A stretch of 64,000 nucleotides of DNA from Perna viridis (lineage: Eukaryota): assembly GCA_037379345.1 (NCBI GenBank), contig CM074515.1, positions 10,292,001 through 10,356,000 on the forward strand, in the 5' to 3' direction. The translations under genes were made by a program, and so were the position numbers. This document shows, piece after piece, positions 1-15,500 of this stretch. The first letter of the stretch is position 1, and every line of letters begins with the position of its first letter. Under the pieces are notes generated by a model. It did not search any database. It was given only the letters and a program-made list of their open reading frames with translations, and was not told the origin of the DNA.

Positions 1-466
1 CTTCCAAATGAAAGTAAAATAAAAAAAAAGAATAAGTGGTCTTTATATACATGTTTATTTTACATAGAATACACTAAATTTGGATATTTCATTCATAGTC
101 TTTTAAAACAGGATATTGCTAAATACAGATGGTTGCTAAGATACATGTAGGTAAGAATTTACTTCTTAGAAAATACCTAAAGAACTAGATGCCTGATTTC
201 AAGATTTGAGATTCAACCCTATACTATGAAGTATGAAATAAGTCTTGGCCAACAGAAGATATACAACATAGAACAGGTCTATAAATAAACAATTGTAGAT
301 AAATTTTTGGTGGTTGTTTGATAACACAATACCAGGTGAATGATCTTTCTCTAATGCCTTCTTTGTGTTCTTTATACTGTTACTATACAAACCATGAACC
401 AGCACTATCTCTACACCTTACTAACCAACAGGTGTCTGATATATACATATCAACAATCAAACGCAC

Positions 467-541
467 CTTTCTTGACTTTTTTTTGTAACCTCATGGTATC
501 AGTTGCACACTTCTTAATTTCTTGACGAGCCTTCTTGTATT
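467..541 (-). CDS. MTSS1: MTSS1-like exon 6 (75 bp)
   Basis: CCACAG acceptor, YKKARQEIKKCATDTMRLQKKVKK, GTGCGT donor. Confidence 0.93.
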
Positions 542-3500
542 CTGTGGGAGAAATATGTAAATAATATCATGTTAGTGAGAACTGATAAAAAATACATACA
601 TCAAAGTATCAATTGCATGCAGACAGTAGACAAAATTAATTGGCAAATAAAAACAAAATATCAAAAGTTCAAATGATAGCAAACCATAGGAGGCAGTATT
701 GATTTTTCTTTATCACATGAATGAAAACCGGCTACTGGAAAATTCAGTACATTTTAAAGTAAGTAGAAACAAGATTATCTTCTATTCTACTTCATTTCTG
801 GGTTTATTATGCTTTAATCTTGTCCCTGTAGAAATGGATGATAAATGGAAATCATCAAGTTTTTTTATCATTTACTGGATCAATACAAATTGTATTAGTA
901 CTTCATTTTGTGATGTTCCATACATTCAAACTGAACTACCATTATGACAACCAAGTCAGTTCAGTGATAACAACTTACAGACTATAACCAGTTTGTTTTA
1001 AATGTAAATGTATTTATAGAATGTCTGTTTTTTTTTGTTGGAAATTTTCTCTAATTATTTTGAGATGTAGAAACAACAATTCTGAGGTTGTTCTGTAATG
1101 GTACTAGCTGAAAACCTTCTTTTGATAGACAAAATAGTCACAGTCTGTCTGTCTCTCTATCTATGTGTACATCACTAGAGAACTAAAAAACTTTATAAAA
1201 AACTTAAAAACAGATTTTGTTTTGGTAGACTGTCTGTCTTTAAAGAAGGAAGCTCCCTTTCCCATTTCCTTGATTTTTCTGAGTTTGTGTAACAGAGTTA
1301 TAGAAATTTAAACACCATGAAAGGGGATATGACATATCACATACTCCAGTACAGCAGTTCATTACTGTTAACACAAGACAGAATTTAACAAAGCCAACAC
1401 AAAAACAGAAAATGACAAATCGAAAGTAAAAAAAAAAGAATCAGAATGGGAATTTCTGCATTTGAAAAGTGGAATACTGTTATGAAGCAGAAGAAAACCA
1501 TGCCTAACATCCATACAAAGTTCACTGAATTTTCAATGGTAAAAGAGTAGTGTCATTTAGGTAATATCACATTTCACTGAACATCGACTTGTTACAGAGA
1601 ACATGTAGGATTGATCTATCTCTAAGAAATGGCAGAGCCAGATAGTACATGTAAATATATTTCTGTTTCTGGATAGTGTATAAGTGTCTGTACCCCTAGT
1701 CCACCTGTAACCTGGCAGTAGTTGGTGTTAATCAGACAAATGATTGATACCTACCTGTCACAGTTACCTGGCAAACCATATCTACCTGTCACAGTTACTT
1801 GACCAGGTGTTGTTCTATGATGTAATGTCAATCATTTTTACAGGTTTATACTTATCATAGTAAACATTAAACTATCAGCTGTAGATACATGTCCAGTGGT
1901 GAATACAAGTACTTGGGTTACATACTTGTACATGTATTTGTGTGGTTTTCCTATCAAAGGGTAGATATCACAAAGGTTTCTATAAATACCTTTGGCATGT
2001 TCTTTGTCTAGCTGAGCAACACTTTTCTTCCAGTCTTCACTTTTCTCCTGGATGGGGGTAACCAAGTTCTCCATTATAGTGCTGAAATTTATCATACACT
2101 TTTAATTACTGATAAACATCTCATGTCATTAAAATATATTGTAGTCAGTTATCTTCATATTTTGGTACTACAATGTACCTTTAAGTAGAGAAGAAACATC
2201 TACATTATCTCTAGTGTAAAGAATGCCTAAGAACATGTTAATCGTAAATTTTGCATTAATTTGTTCCTTATTCCACCATATTTGTCCATGTAATATAGCC
2301 AGTATTCTCCATGTCATATATGGCAGGTCAATGAAAAACGAACATTATCAGACCCAGTTCCAGAATCAAGACGTTCCACATTGCTCAAAGATTAAGGTTT
2401 GGATATCAAATCCTTCCATACATCTTCTAAAGTTAGTAATGCTTGCTAAAAAAGACCCAAATATCAATACCTTATAAGGACATTCTATAGCATAAATATC
2501 AAGGTGTCTTGGACAAATGTATAACATGACATTTCTAGACCTGAATATATGAAGTCATCAAAGAAAAAGAAATCAGTAGAGTATTGTAAAAACAAGGAGA
2601 ATCACAATGGTAAATCAGTATTTGAAAAAGCTTAATTAAGTATTAAGATGAAAGAAAATCATATCTGCATTTCCCAAATCAGGTTTCATATCACTCAACA
2701 AATCTTAGGCCTGGTCTAATAACTTGGTTTAAAATGAGGGTCTTTAATTAAGAGGAGCCTGATTTGGAAATGCCAGGTACAAGTATTTCTCTGTCAGTGT
2801 AAATATTGTCAGAACAAATACGAAACAGATTGCTTATAACGTTGATACAAAGGCTGCTGAGAATGTTTCCAACAAAAGATAAAATGTTTCAATGGGCGCA
2901 GGTTAACACAACTGCAGAGGTTAAACTTTGAACACTTGGGGAATGTAGGGACACAACATTTAAGCTTGATACAGCTCTGCATTTTGATTTCTAAAAAAAA
3001 TTTGACACTGGATTTAGAATTCGATTAGGATCAAAGAGGCCCCTTTTTGGTCACTTATTTAAGTATGGTTCTAGTTACTAACTCCAAAATCAATCCCAGC
3101 TTTCTGGAATAATTTCATAAAGATTGATAAACTTACATTTGTATATGCCAGTTATTGTCTGAAAACCAAGTTGTCTATGCCTATGGATGCCAGATGACTT
3201 CAGCATGATACTATTATAAGACTGCAGATTTATTGCAGTTGTATAAAAAGCAAAAAAAAATAATCAACAGGAACCCTTGAAGTGAGGAGACACTGAAGAA
3301 CTTCTTCAACCAGGTAACTATGGTTACTCTGTACCAATAACGACACTCTTAATAAATATTAAAATGTTGCCATAGTGGAGTAATATGTTTCCACAACAAA
3401 CCAGGATGTAAATAAGATTGCTAAATAACACTGGGTGCTTTGTTTGATACTTGGCAAAGACTAGACAGTGAACTCAAAATCAGTAAAGTAAAGTGATGCA

Positions 3501-6500
3501 ATAATTAAAGCAGACTTTTTGCTCATACATCAAAACTTTTCACTTGGTACAAAAAATGATCAGATGAAGTCAGATTCATGGAAGCATAAAAAATCAGACC
3601 ATTGTTCAAAGCTTCATAAAGTCCAGTTATGATATCATCATTTTACTATTTCATCCGACAGGAAACACTAACAGTTATTTTCATATCAGAATATCCTGCA
3701 CTGAAGATTTTATCTCTTTGTCCAAACTTAAACAATGTTGGTAATAAAGTTACATTTTGTACACATACATTGTATATAATGTACAAGTAACTTAACCTGA
3801 ACATTGGAAGGGGTCAAAGGACTGTCTTTGAAAATAAAGTGGAAACAGTCAATGTGTCAAAGAGACAAACCCACTCAACCAAACACGAAACAAAAATAGC
3901 AAAATCACTGAACAGTGAAACCCCACAACAACAGTCTGCTTACAACTGGCCCCAGAAATTATAAATGTACAGGTTCAGCCAAATGGGCAACACACTACAC
4001 CCTCATTACACAAGACTGACTTGGATTGTATAGTATTAGATCTAAAAGCATGTACAAATATAGAAGTAGGCCCTATTTAGCTTTTGCTGTATTCAAAATT
4101 TCGTCATGTCAGTGTTTTGGGATTTCTAGCTTTTGGGCGCTACAAGTGTATAAAAGGAACCTTCCTGACAAACACCAATGAAGTAACCTTCCCCCTGTCA
4201 GTAAAGAACTGTATACTAGTGTGTCCTGTTTCATTTACCTCAGGTACATAGTGCTTATATATACATGTACTTTCTATCTCAAATCGTAACAAATTAAAAA
4301 TAGGTTAACCAATATCTTAGGCTTTGTCAGCTATGTATGAAGCCAGTCAATTAATTTTGGCAATGATCAGCAAAATTAAGGGTCTGATTTACACATGTAC
4401 ATATACTGACAGAAATTAAGTACTAATTTTCTGATTTTCTGCCTGATCAAAAACATCGATGTACTTCATTACATCAAATTACAGACAATAAAATGTTTAT
4501 TTCCACAGCCAAATACCAGTCTTGGTGATAGATGTATAAGCCATAGACCATTCAATCTGAGATTGTATATGTAATGTAGACTTCCAACAAAAAAAAAAGG
4601 ATTGACTATTTACACATCCCTGGTGTAAATGACAATGCTCTGATCAATACACAGTGTCATAACTTAGCATTTGCTCAGTGTAAATTAATACTTGATGTGT
4701 CTATGTTGTATTGTTTTCCTAATGTATTACCCACAGTGTTACCTAAATAGTCTATGATTGCCTAAGGGGGATATGAGAAAAATACAGCAAAATCAGCTGA
4801 ATAGTTGCTTATTAAAAATTGAAAAAGTTCAGTGAGCAAAATTTATTTCTAGTCAGCATATATGGCTTTGCTATACAAGCTACATGTACATGTAAAAGTC
4901 TCCTCACTAAATTGATTGAATAAGGAAGAATATGCCCAGAGAAAACCTACATGGTACATGTAATACGTATACAATGGTGGAATACTCTGATATGATTGGT
5001 TATCAAGCTCTAATTCAAAGATAATGACATATTAACTTATAAAATTGTACCAGTAAGTCATTGAAATATAGAGGCAGAGTACCGGTACATGTATCTACAA
5101 AATGGATTTATGGACCAAAACCCATTATCTACGAATCTCTGGAATTTACATATAGCTATCTAATCTGAATCATGAATAATCTGACACCTTTTGCTACTCT
5201 TTAAATGACATATCTGAATTGTGCTCCAACCTCAGTCTTATCAAACATCATTTTCTGGTCAGTTTCAGAGGTTCCACTTTAAACTGTAAATTTCTTAACT
5301 TTTTAAGGTAACAAAACATTACATAAACAAAAAGGAAATTAATCATAATCTAACTAAGAAGATTTGGAAAAAAAACTACTGAACATCCATACTGTCTGTA
5401 ATAATATACTAATGAAATCATGACAGTCATCAAAAAGTACCCAATTCCTCCCATCAATCAGGGATACATCAAGACTTCTCTCAGCTATCTATTTGCTGTC
5501 TAGAGCAGAACATAGTAATTTGTGTTAATTGGATATCAGACTTGATGCTAATGGCTGGTGGGTAATGGTTAAAAAAGGACACAGTACTGTAGTAGTTATG
5601 TTTGCCTGATAAACTAAATATGGCCAAGATCCTATTTGTTTATAGTGCTGTAAGGTAATTTAATAATATAATTTGCTGTATGAAAGCACAACCCATATTC
5701 TTGCATCAACTACAGTGTTGCCTCTACAAGTGTTTGTTAGTAAATATGATATCTGGTTACTGCTATTTTTTTTTCTGGTAACATTTTTGTCATTTGAAAA
5801 ATATAGTCCTAAGTATGTAGCTATTAATGGATTACAATGTAAAATGTATCCTAAGCTATCATGAAATCTAACTAAAGTAAAGGGAGCCTGTAATTATACA
5901 TGAAAGCAAAAAAAAAACCTACATGAAGTTTGACCAACAACTGAAAGATGATACCTTTGACACAATCACAAAATCAGACTATCAGATGCCAGAATGTCAA
6001 ATCACTTCAATTATTACTACTGACCTTGGACTAGCCTCAGGGTATGCCACACAGTGTAATGACCCCTATTTATGGTTATGATAAAGATGTTAACAGCCTG
6101 ATTACCTTGTTAATGACTTTAACTTGGACTCTATACTTTTGTGTCGCATACATAATCTAGTCAGGGCAGATCCAATCTCTTTTGTGGCTCCTGAAATGAA
6201 AAAATGAAGGAGTTTAGTAGGTGAAATAATGACAAGGCAAATTTTAAAAAAAGTTCAATTTAACTCAGTAACCTCTCTATAGACTTTTTGATAGACTGCC
6301 ATCACCAGTAGTGAGCATCAGGGAACAGAAGTCTTGGGTCAAGTTTGACATTGTGGACTTACTTCAGTAAAGATCTAAGTCCACAAAGTGAAAATACTAA
6401 GTCTGTATTAAGAGGTACATATACTTATAGATGATAAAACTCTTTTTTTTTTCACCTAGCTTAATTTTTCCATGGAAACCTATAACACAGTGTATCACAA

Positions 6501-9500
6501 AATGTATTTACAAAAGATTACAAACGCCCAATTATGTCTCCTCAGTATCCTCCAAATCTTTACCCCAACATGAAACCCTTGGAAAAAATACAGAAACGTT
6601 TACAAATGGTGAATAATAAAAAAGATAATTTCATGAAAAAATTGTATGAACAATAAAGAACCAAAAGTATCAAGTTTCAAAGCTAGCAGCCAATATATGG
6701 GACACTCACGGCTTAGAGTGGCTACCGAAAAATTGATGTTCGAAAAACTATCCCCCTATTTGAGCCTTAATTTACAGACAGAAACGGCACATGACATGGT
6801 TGGTTTTTTTTTTTAATTTAAAAACTATATGGGTCTATTTTAGCAACATTGCGTTAAAGAAATTTTAACCAGATCTATTTTTAGATTTTAGTGGAAATGA
6901 GGACCCCATAAGGCAAGAGGCCTTCAGATTTTTTTTAAACCAAATGACCTGAGGAAAAATGATGAGGATTACATCATCATTAGGCTTAAGTCATTCAATA
7001 CAACATCCTGTGAAATTCAATTCTTTTTTTAACAGGACGAGGGTCAAAAGGCCAATGGTAAGGGCCACTTAATGACCTCATTACATTGTAATTATAGTAA
7101 CTCCCTACAGTAGAAAGGAAATAGATCACTTAAGTGGAATTCACCATGTATTAAGGGCATGTTGTAAAACATGGTGTGGAGACACAAGGAAACCTTCAGG
7201 TTACCTATAGTAATCTTTTCTCAATGAATGCCACATTACCTGTGTAATATGTTCCATAAGAGAAATTAATATAGTTAAGGCAATGATAAGACAAAATGCT
7301 GCACAAAGAGCAGCTAGATACATCCACAGAGGTCGAACCCTAAACAGTTGGGATAAAAATGAACACATAATTCAAGCTTGATATCTTGACACAGCTCTGA
7401 ATTTAATTGTGAGTCAACATTTGTTACAAAACATATAAAAGAAAAAAGAATAAAAAATTTCTACAAAGTTTCACCAAAATTTCTAAAAGAATTTTGAAGT
7501 TACAATTATGGGAAATCCCACCTTTTTAAAGTCCGAAACTCTAAACCTCTATATCAGAAATTCTTAACAATTGAAGGATGGGCTACCATCAACAGTAATA
7601 ATCTATTTTCCAAAGTTTCATAAAAATGGATGTAACCACTACTGAGTTATAGTCCAAAAACAGTGTACATGTATGAACTAAGTCCAATAACTCAAAATAA
7701 GAAAATCAGATATTTACAAAAATTTTTAAAAGGAGCTTGCCTCAATATAAATAAATAATTCAATAAAGTTCATTGACATTGCTGCAAGAGTTGTTTTTTT
7801 CTTATAGTCCAAATTCATAAAATCATTCCTTTTTTGTAGAAATAAATTCCAAGATTTAAAAAAAAAACCAACAAAATAAGCTGGAACTTAAAAAAAAATA
7901 GGGTGTTAATGGAACATTAAGTGATACCTGCCATTTAATGGTGAAAAAGGGGGTGGCAAAATGCTCAAAATGACATAACTAGAAAACTACATTATGGATT
8001 TTGCTGAAAATTGATATTTACCTGAAATGTATAGTGTTAAACAACTGTGCAAAGTTTATAAAAAAATCATTGATCCATTCTTAAACCGTCTGAGAAGAGA
8101 TAAAGAGGAACAGATGGATGAGCCGACAGGCCACTTTCAAGGGAATCTCATACTTCCCCACTACATGTGGCAAGGTATAAAAATTGAAAAAGAATTTGTA
8201 TCAATAGAAAGAAACAATTTACTAAAGTTTAAAAAAAAAAATGGAGTTCTTGCTCAAACTGTGAACAACGGATGGATGGATGGACACCAGTACACCATAC
8301 CACATTCCGTCAAAACAGAGAGGGAAACTGATTAAATAAACAGAAGCGCATCCACTTTTCACAATATGCCTTAAGCAAGTCTGGGATACTAGAGATGCAG
8401 CTGTGATGGAAACAGAAAAGTGACTTTCTAGTTATGATTTATATCAAAAGAAGTTAATGTATTCATCACTTTCCCTATGTATAAATCCATCAAAGCCATT
8501 GTTTGATCCATTGATCATCCTGATACCTCAATATGTGAAGGATTTAAAGCTTATTTGATATTATAAGTATTTACAATAGATTCTGAACAAGCAACAATAT
8601 TGTGTTTAGGTAAGTCATGGCAAGAGTAAAAATCATTAAGTAGTAGCTGAGCAGAGATCATTACAAACACTGTCCCTTGATTACAAATTTTTGCCACTTA
8701 TGTTAGGCTAATTTTTATGTTGTTTATAATAATTTCCTACTCTATTGACTTGTTTTTATTCTTGAACTAGAATAAATTGATTTAGGGATGAGAATATGAT
8801 AGGATTTGAGTGTGTTAAAACTAGACATTGCCCCTAACGAGACTAATACCCCCGCAGCCTATTGAACCCTGTACATTTTGGGACCAATGTGAACACATGA
8901 TTCATAATGGACACAACATTTTTGGGGATAAACTAAGCACTCTTGACACACAATTTTTCTGACATTGCTAACACATCCAAATCCAAACCACAATCAATAT
9001 TATTTTCTGTTGTTGACAACAATCGACAGAGTATGACTGCAAATTTACTTTAAACATATGACAAGTATCAACTGACAATATGCACATCCCTATATGGAAT
9101 TTTACACCCCATAAAGTTTCATAACAATCCTGCAAAGTTGTTGAGGAGGGGTTGCGGACATCACATGGGAACAAGTTTTGCACTCCATGTGGTTATCACA
9201 TTATATCCACCAAGTTTCATAACAATGCTGCAAGATGCTAAGAAAATAGTTGGGACAGACAAAGGGATATAGAGGGTGAAACCACGAGTTAAATCTAAAA
9301 GCGTTCTGGGCATGAGTGATCATATTTTGGTTATTCACAACAACCAATTAATTATTTTATTTATTATATAGATTTCCTCCATTATTCATTGTTATTTTCA
9401 ACATAAATTTAAAATTTTGTGAACGGTAGAATGATATTCGTGTTGTGACGTTTTGGCGGGAGAAAGCTCGAGAGTAAAATTACCAAATTTATTTCAGTGT

Positions 9501-12500
9501 AAATTATCGAAAAAAATTACGCTGGGAACAATTAGTAAATCATTGCTATCTATATAATAAAGGGGTATAAATAATACTGCAGTATCAAATTTGGAGGAGA
9601 AATCTTGCTTTTGGTGTCCACTACAAAACAGTCAAACAGTTAGGCCCACAATCTATGCAGGAATTTGAAATTTCATCACACACTTTTTTAAATGCTTCAA
9701 ATAAATCTTTGAAGACAAGAAAGATGAAAGATGTAGAAATGGTGGATACAACTACTCTACAAGCAGTGTTCAAACTTAAAACAGTTCACATACACTTACA
9801 CATATTTGACTAGTCTTGACTACAAGTTTTACTGGCTATATGAAGTAAGATGGTAGGGGTGCAAAATGTGAGGCAGCCAAAAAGCAGAAAAATGAATAGT
9901 TTGCTGTACAGGTTTTAAAAACAACCTAAATTGTTAATCCAGACCTTAAGGTAGCTAGTTTGAATCTAAAGACAACTTTAACTTTTATCATCTGCTGAGG
10001 CCATAAACACACACTCATGATGGGTCAATTGATAGCCATGCTAGTTGGTTAAACAATGAACACTACCATAATTGGAAATAAAAGCATGCATATTGTCTGC
10101 AATCTTCCTCTTGCTTTGTAGTCAGACTCAAAACAACCTCTTGTCATTCTGACGTAATTCTTTAATAAGATAGGCCAAAAAAAAGCAAAAAGACTGAGGC
10201 TAGACTGCCAAATAATAAATCTTAGACCGACATATTGATAAACCTTGCATGACATCTAAAAGGCAGTGTTATAATACAGTGAGAAAAGGTTCTCATTCAA
10301 AGTCAGTCATATGAAACATTAGGGTGCAAACCTTACATAATAAATGCATTCACTGCAGTGTCAACAATGAGGGGTTGTAATTTATCTTGAATGCAGATCA
10401 TGTAATGAGAGACATTGTCATTTATCCTATGGTTAATTATACCAAGCTTCAATGTATACAAATTCTGCTGTTTGAAATCACTTACCTTGCATTTTGCAGC
10501 AGTATTTTCAAAACAAGGCGACTTCAAAAAGTGTCACATAGTCAAATTTGTTATGCACTATCATTCACATGAAAATATGTGTAGCACCTAAACAAATTCA
10601 CACAAGACACTTTTGGCTACTTTTTTCCCCTACAGAACTATGAGTTTCAAAGGAAATTTTGTGTAAAAATAAAATGCTTGATACTATGGAAGAGGTCAAA
10701 AACCTGAACAGTTTGGGTAGGTAGATACACCACATAATCCAGCAGATCTTCGCTGTGTTCACCACCACAGTGTTATAGTTGTAGATTCATACGAGATAAA
10801 AATAAACCTCTTAAATATCATACACGTGTGTTCTAGATGTGTTTCTTGCTTGAATAAGAACGGGAAGTTTACATGAAATGATCAGTTAGCTTTGAACATT
10901 ACCCAGTTTCCAATTCAGGCATTGAGGCTAGTCACAAGACTATATAGGTGATATACATTAGTACGCCCCGATATTTATGAATATTCATTGCCAGTTGCTT
11001 AATCTGGTTCCTAAACTGGTTCTCTAGTCAATATCATAAGCAACTCAAAGATCACTACAACAATCTTTTTTAAAAACATATCATATACATGTCTATGCAT
11101 GTTTTTTGCTTGTATTAGAACCTGAAGTTTTCATTAAAAGATAAAATGATCAGTTAGCATTGAATTTAGGTAATATTACCCAGTTTTCGATTCAAACACA
11201 CGCGTTCATTACAACTGATTATATAAAGGTCATATATATTATCAGTACACCGATACCTATATATAGCCATTTGGGTCATGACGGTTACAAAAGAGTACTC
11301 AATAATATCAAGGGAACCAAGATTTTTGCAGAAGTCCCCCGACTTTTGAGTATATCGCACTTGTACCATTTCGGATATTTAAAGTATGCCAAAATCAGTG
11401 ACAGTGAATATTTGACGATTAGCAACTTTGAAGACTTCAGTCTTTAATGTTGGCTATATAAAAGCAGTGACATCATTTTGCAAACATGTATGAGAATTGT
11501 TTGCAATCAAATTACTTTTTTTTTGTCTAAGTTATCCATTCTATACAAATATACTGAAACTAATAGAAAAACCTTATGAAGAAAATGGAAAGGGCACAAA
11601 TATATAATGTACACAGAGATATAGCACCCAAATCTCTAATGGTACAGCAGAGGTAATGAACGCATACCTTTGAACATGTCTTAATAAGAAACCAAATAAA
11701 ATACTCTGTTTCTTTAATTTTTTGACAAGAATTTTAGGTACTGCATGACACACCAATAAAAATTCTTGGTACAGCTCCAGAAGTACCTGTCATACCAGGT
11801 GCTTCATCCCTGGATCATGAAGAATATTTTCATTTTTCTTTTAAATCTCAAGATCAACTATTGCCTTCAATGAATCAATGAAACCATTCCCTTTGTAAAT
11901 GTAAATGTTCCATTCTACAATTATGGACATTAATCAAAATAAATTTCCTTAGACAAGAAATAGTATTAAAACAATCTTCAAATCTTCCAAAAGATGTACC
12001 AGATTGTTTTTGTTACATGCAACATACATGTCAAAGAGTGTACTACCCCACTTAAAGTACAATTTATCTAAAGACTTGACCTGTCTGGGTCATGTAATCT
12101 TTAAATCTTGAAGTACAAACATGAGAATTAAATATCTTGATACCTATTAAATTAAAGAATAAATGTTTTAATTGTTATATTTCTATAGATGTGATGATAG
12201 GATATTGAAAAAGCCTATCAGTGTTTGGGAATTTTATCCTCATAATAAGTTATGTTTGTCAATTTAAATGGGTGAAACCTTCCAAATTAAGACCATATAA
12301 CTTTTTTTTCCAGTCTAGCTAATATTTTGCTTTCATCAGCATATTGTGTAGTAAGGGGATGCGAAGGCAGGGGACATGGGCCATTTGCTTCTTCTGACAG
12401 AAAATGGCCCCTTCAAATATTAGAGAATTTTTGAAAAATCCTGAAAATGGCCCCTTCCCAAAATTTCCTTCACAACAACTGTGTAATAAATGTATATTTT

Positions 12501-15500
12501 TTCCCCATTTCCAGTCAAATTAAAAATGTACATTGTAGCAGGAAAGATTTTGTAGGTCCAAAATTTTGTAGAGTCCTAATTTTTTTTATTTGAAAGAACA
12601 CTTATAGACATATGCTTGAATTTGCTGTAAATCTCTTACACAAGGACTTCCTCATTTTGTTGTACAAAGTCAACTAGCACAGGGAAAATTTTATTCTTTA
12701 CTTTTTAAAGCACAGTAAGAGGGTTTCTTCTACGGTACTAGCACTATACATGTTCTACATACCCGGTACTTACCCAAAACTTAAAGAACAATTCAAACTT
12801 CTCAAATAGAGAAAAACATTTTCTTACTTTAATCATTCCCATATCAAAGTATGTCGGTAGTGGTAAGTAAAATTCTTCAAAGCAAACAGAAAAGAAACTT
12901 GGCTTAAAACATTAATAAAAAGCTTCAAGGAGAGAGAGCAATAACTAACAAACTCTCTTTGTTTAGAAACATAGAAATCAACCTTAAGGGAACATCATAT
13001 CAATTGGCAAGAATTGTTTCTCTCTAAGATTTATGAGCTTCTGTTGTCCATCAGACTCAAGTTATATTGGTACAACTGGTATCTGTATTTTAGTTTCTCA
13101 AGGTAAACATGCTAAGTCAGACATCCACATCAGACACCTGCTTTCATCATCTTCATTAACTACATAGTCAAACTAATTACTTGTCAGACTAATACTTAGA
13201 TACCAACTGTTGAGGTACAATAAACTGATTTCGAACAATAACTTTCAACCTATACTGTTCCATTCATTAGAAGGATTTTCAAACTACATGTAATTCTGAC
13301 CATGAAAGTAAATCTAAGGTAGTACCACTAAAGGTATATACATGTACTTAACCAATATCTGTGATAAATTCTTTAACAGTATGTAGATATTTATATTTAC
13401 AAGAATCCTAATGTGTTGACTATGAATTACATGTAACTCATTTATTCTACTGAAAGAAAAGCTTAATGTACATGTACTTGTACAAAATGAAATACATGAA
13501 AAAAAAATAACTTGAGCATGAAACAGGAAAAACCACAAAACTTTCATTACTGTATTGGAGCACACTGGTTTTCTTAGTAAAGCAGAATATAACAGTTGAA
13601 GTGGTAAATTGCTTAAGTAGGCAATAAAAGCAGTACCAGCATATAACAGTTGTACAGGCTCTATACATCATAGAACTAATAAACTCAAGGAAGCTGTTGC
13701 ATGTGTATTTATTTCAACAGGTTTAAGAAGTGTTAATTTTTAAGTTACATCTTCTAATACAATTCAAACCCTTTTTTAAAATTGATTCAATGTGGAAAGC
13801 AACCATGAGCATTGTTCAGTCTAAAATAGGGCTCACACCACAGTTCACTACTGTCCATTGTCATTAAACAACCAAGGACACTTAAAAGCAGTTCAAGTAC
13901 AAAACAGACATTTGGCAAGTTTAACAGATTACATAAATCCTCTACTATAAAACCTTGTAATTTTTCCTTAATTAGAGTGAAAAAAAGGTCCCTGGACCAT
14001 AATTTCATTTTAAATTGTCACAACATTTTATATATTTTGTTTGTTGGACCAGGTGTTTTCATGACAAGGTACATTAGAAATAATATCATTAGGAAATAGG
14101 TAAAAGATTAATTTCAACATCAAAGTAACAAACATTGTAAATATGGGAGGTAGGGTTCTAAATCAACTAGGAAACAACCTCAGTGAGGTCAGCCAAGCAT
14201 AACTAAAGTAACTTGCACAAAAAGGTGATATAAACATTTTCACCACTGATACCAGTTTCCCTATTTCAATACTGTGTACATTTTATTCTATTTACATTTA
14301 TTAAAGCAGTTGTTTTGATGGAAATGTCAAAACAAAAGACAAAAAAAACTACATAAAAACTCGATATCCTAAATAAAGCTAATATTTCATACAATCAGAA
14401 GTTTTTAAAATTGTCTTCATTTAGTCCTCTAACAAAACAGTTGTCCATTCTAATTTAACAGATACAAAAAATACAACTTGCCAAGAATTAAATACGAAAT
14501 AAGGCAATGATGAACAACACAATATCCTTGGATAGCATGTTTATGGTAAATACAATGAATTAATGGCAGACAGAGCCCCTTAACTTAATAATAACAACCA
14601 TTACATAATGATACAAGTAATAAAAATTGTCAAAATACCCGTAGGAATGCCAAAAAGCAAAAAGGAATAAGATAATATCCTTGCAAATAGTTAAGGGATG
14701 ATTTTACAAGGTCAACAAGCAAATCAGAAATTGACAAATTTGGACGTTTATATACAGTAACAAAACACATCACAATGGTAAAATCTGGATTTGGAATAGC
14801 GGAACTCCGCTAAAAAGTGGAATAAAATCATCCCTGTTACTTGTGGTGAAGTGTACATGAGAAAACCATCCAGTACAGACATATACAGATAAAAAACAAG
14901 AGGAACCCTCTAAAACTTCTACAGGAAGTACAATGTCATTTTTTTAAATGACAAGAAGACCTAGCTACTCAAAACTATGTATGTACATGTAAATGAACTA
15001 AAATTCTGTGTTTTGTCATGGGTAAACATGTGAAAATAACCAAGAAGCCAAGTAATACTATATCCATTTAGAACCTGTCATGCTCTTTCGATCAATATCT
15101 ATCAGAGAATCAATCTGGTCAAGTCTTACCCTATAATCATATCTGCCCTCAGAATTAATTAACAGAGGTTACCATAGAAACATTATGACCTAAACTTTGC
15201 AGAAAGAAAAAAAAATAACATTCATTACTGAAAGATTCAAGTTTCTGAATAATTTCATTCAGACACTGCAATATCATTAAAGCCTGATAGAACTACTTCA
15301 GGAGAAGTAAAAACCTAATCATGAAGCATGTTCATCTTATATTAGTAAGTTATTTTCTCCAAGGAGCTCATCAGATTTCTTAATGTTCCCTGACGAAAGT
15401 GTTGACATATCTCCAGAAGGATTACATAGAAACAACATGACTCCATGCCAAATAAGTGACAACTATGACAAAATGTTTAGAGAATTGACGATGAAATACT

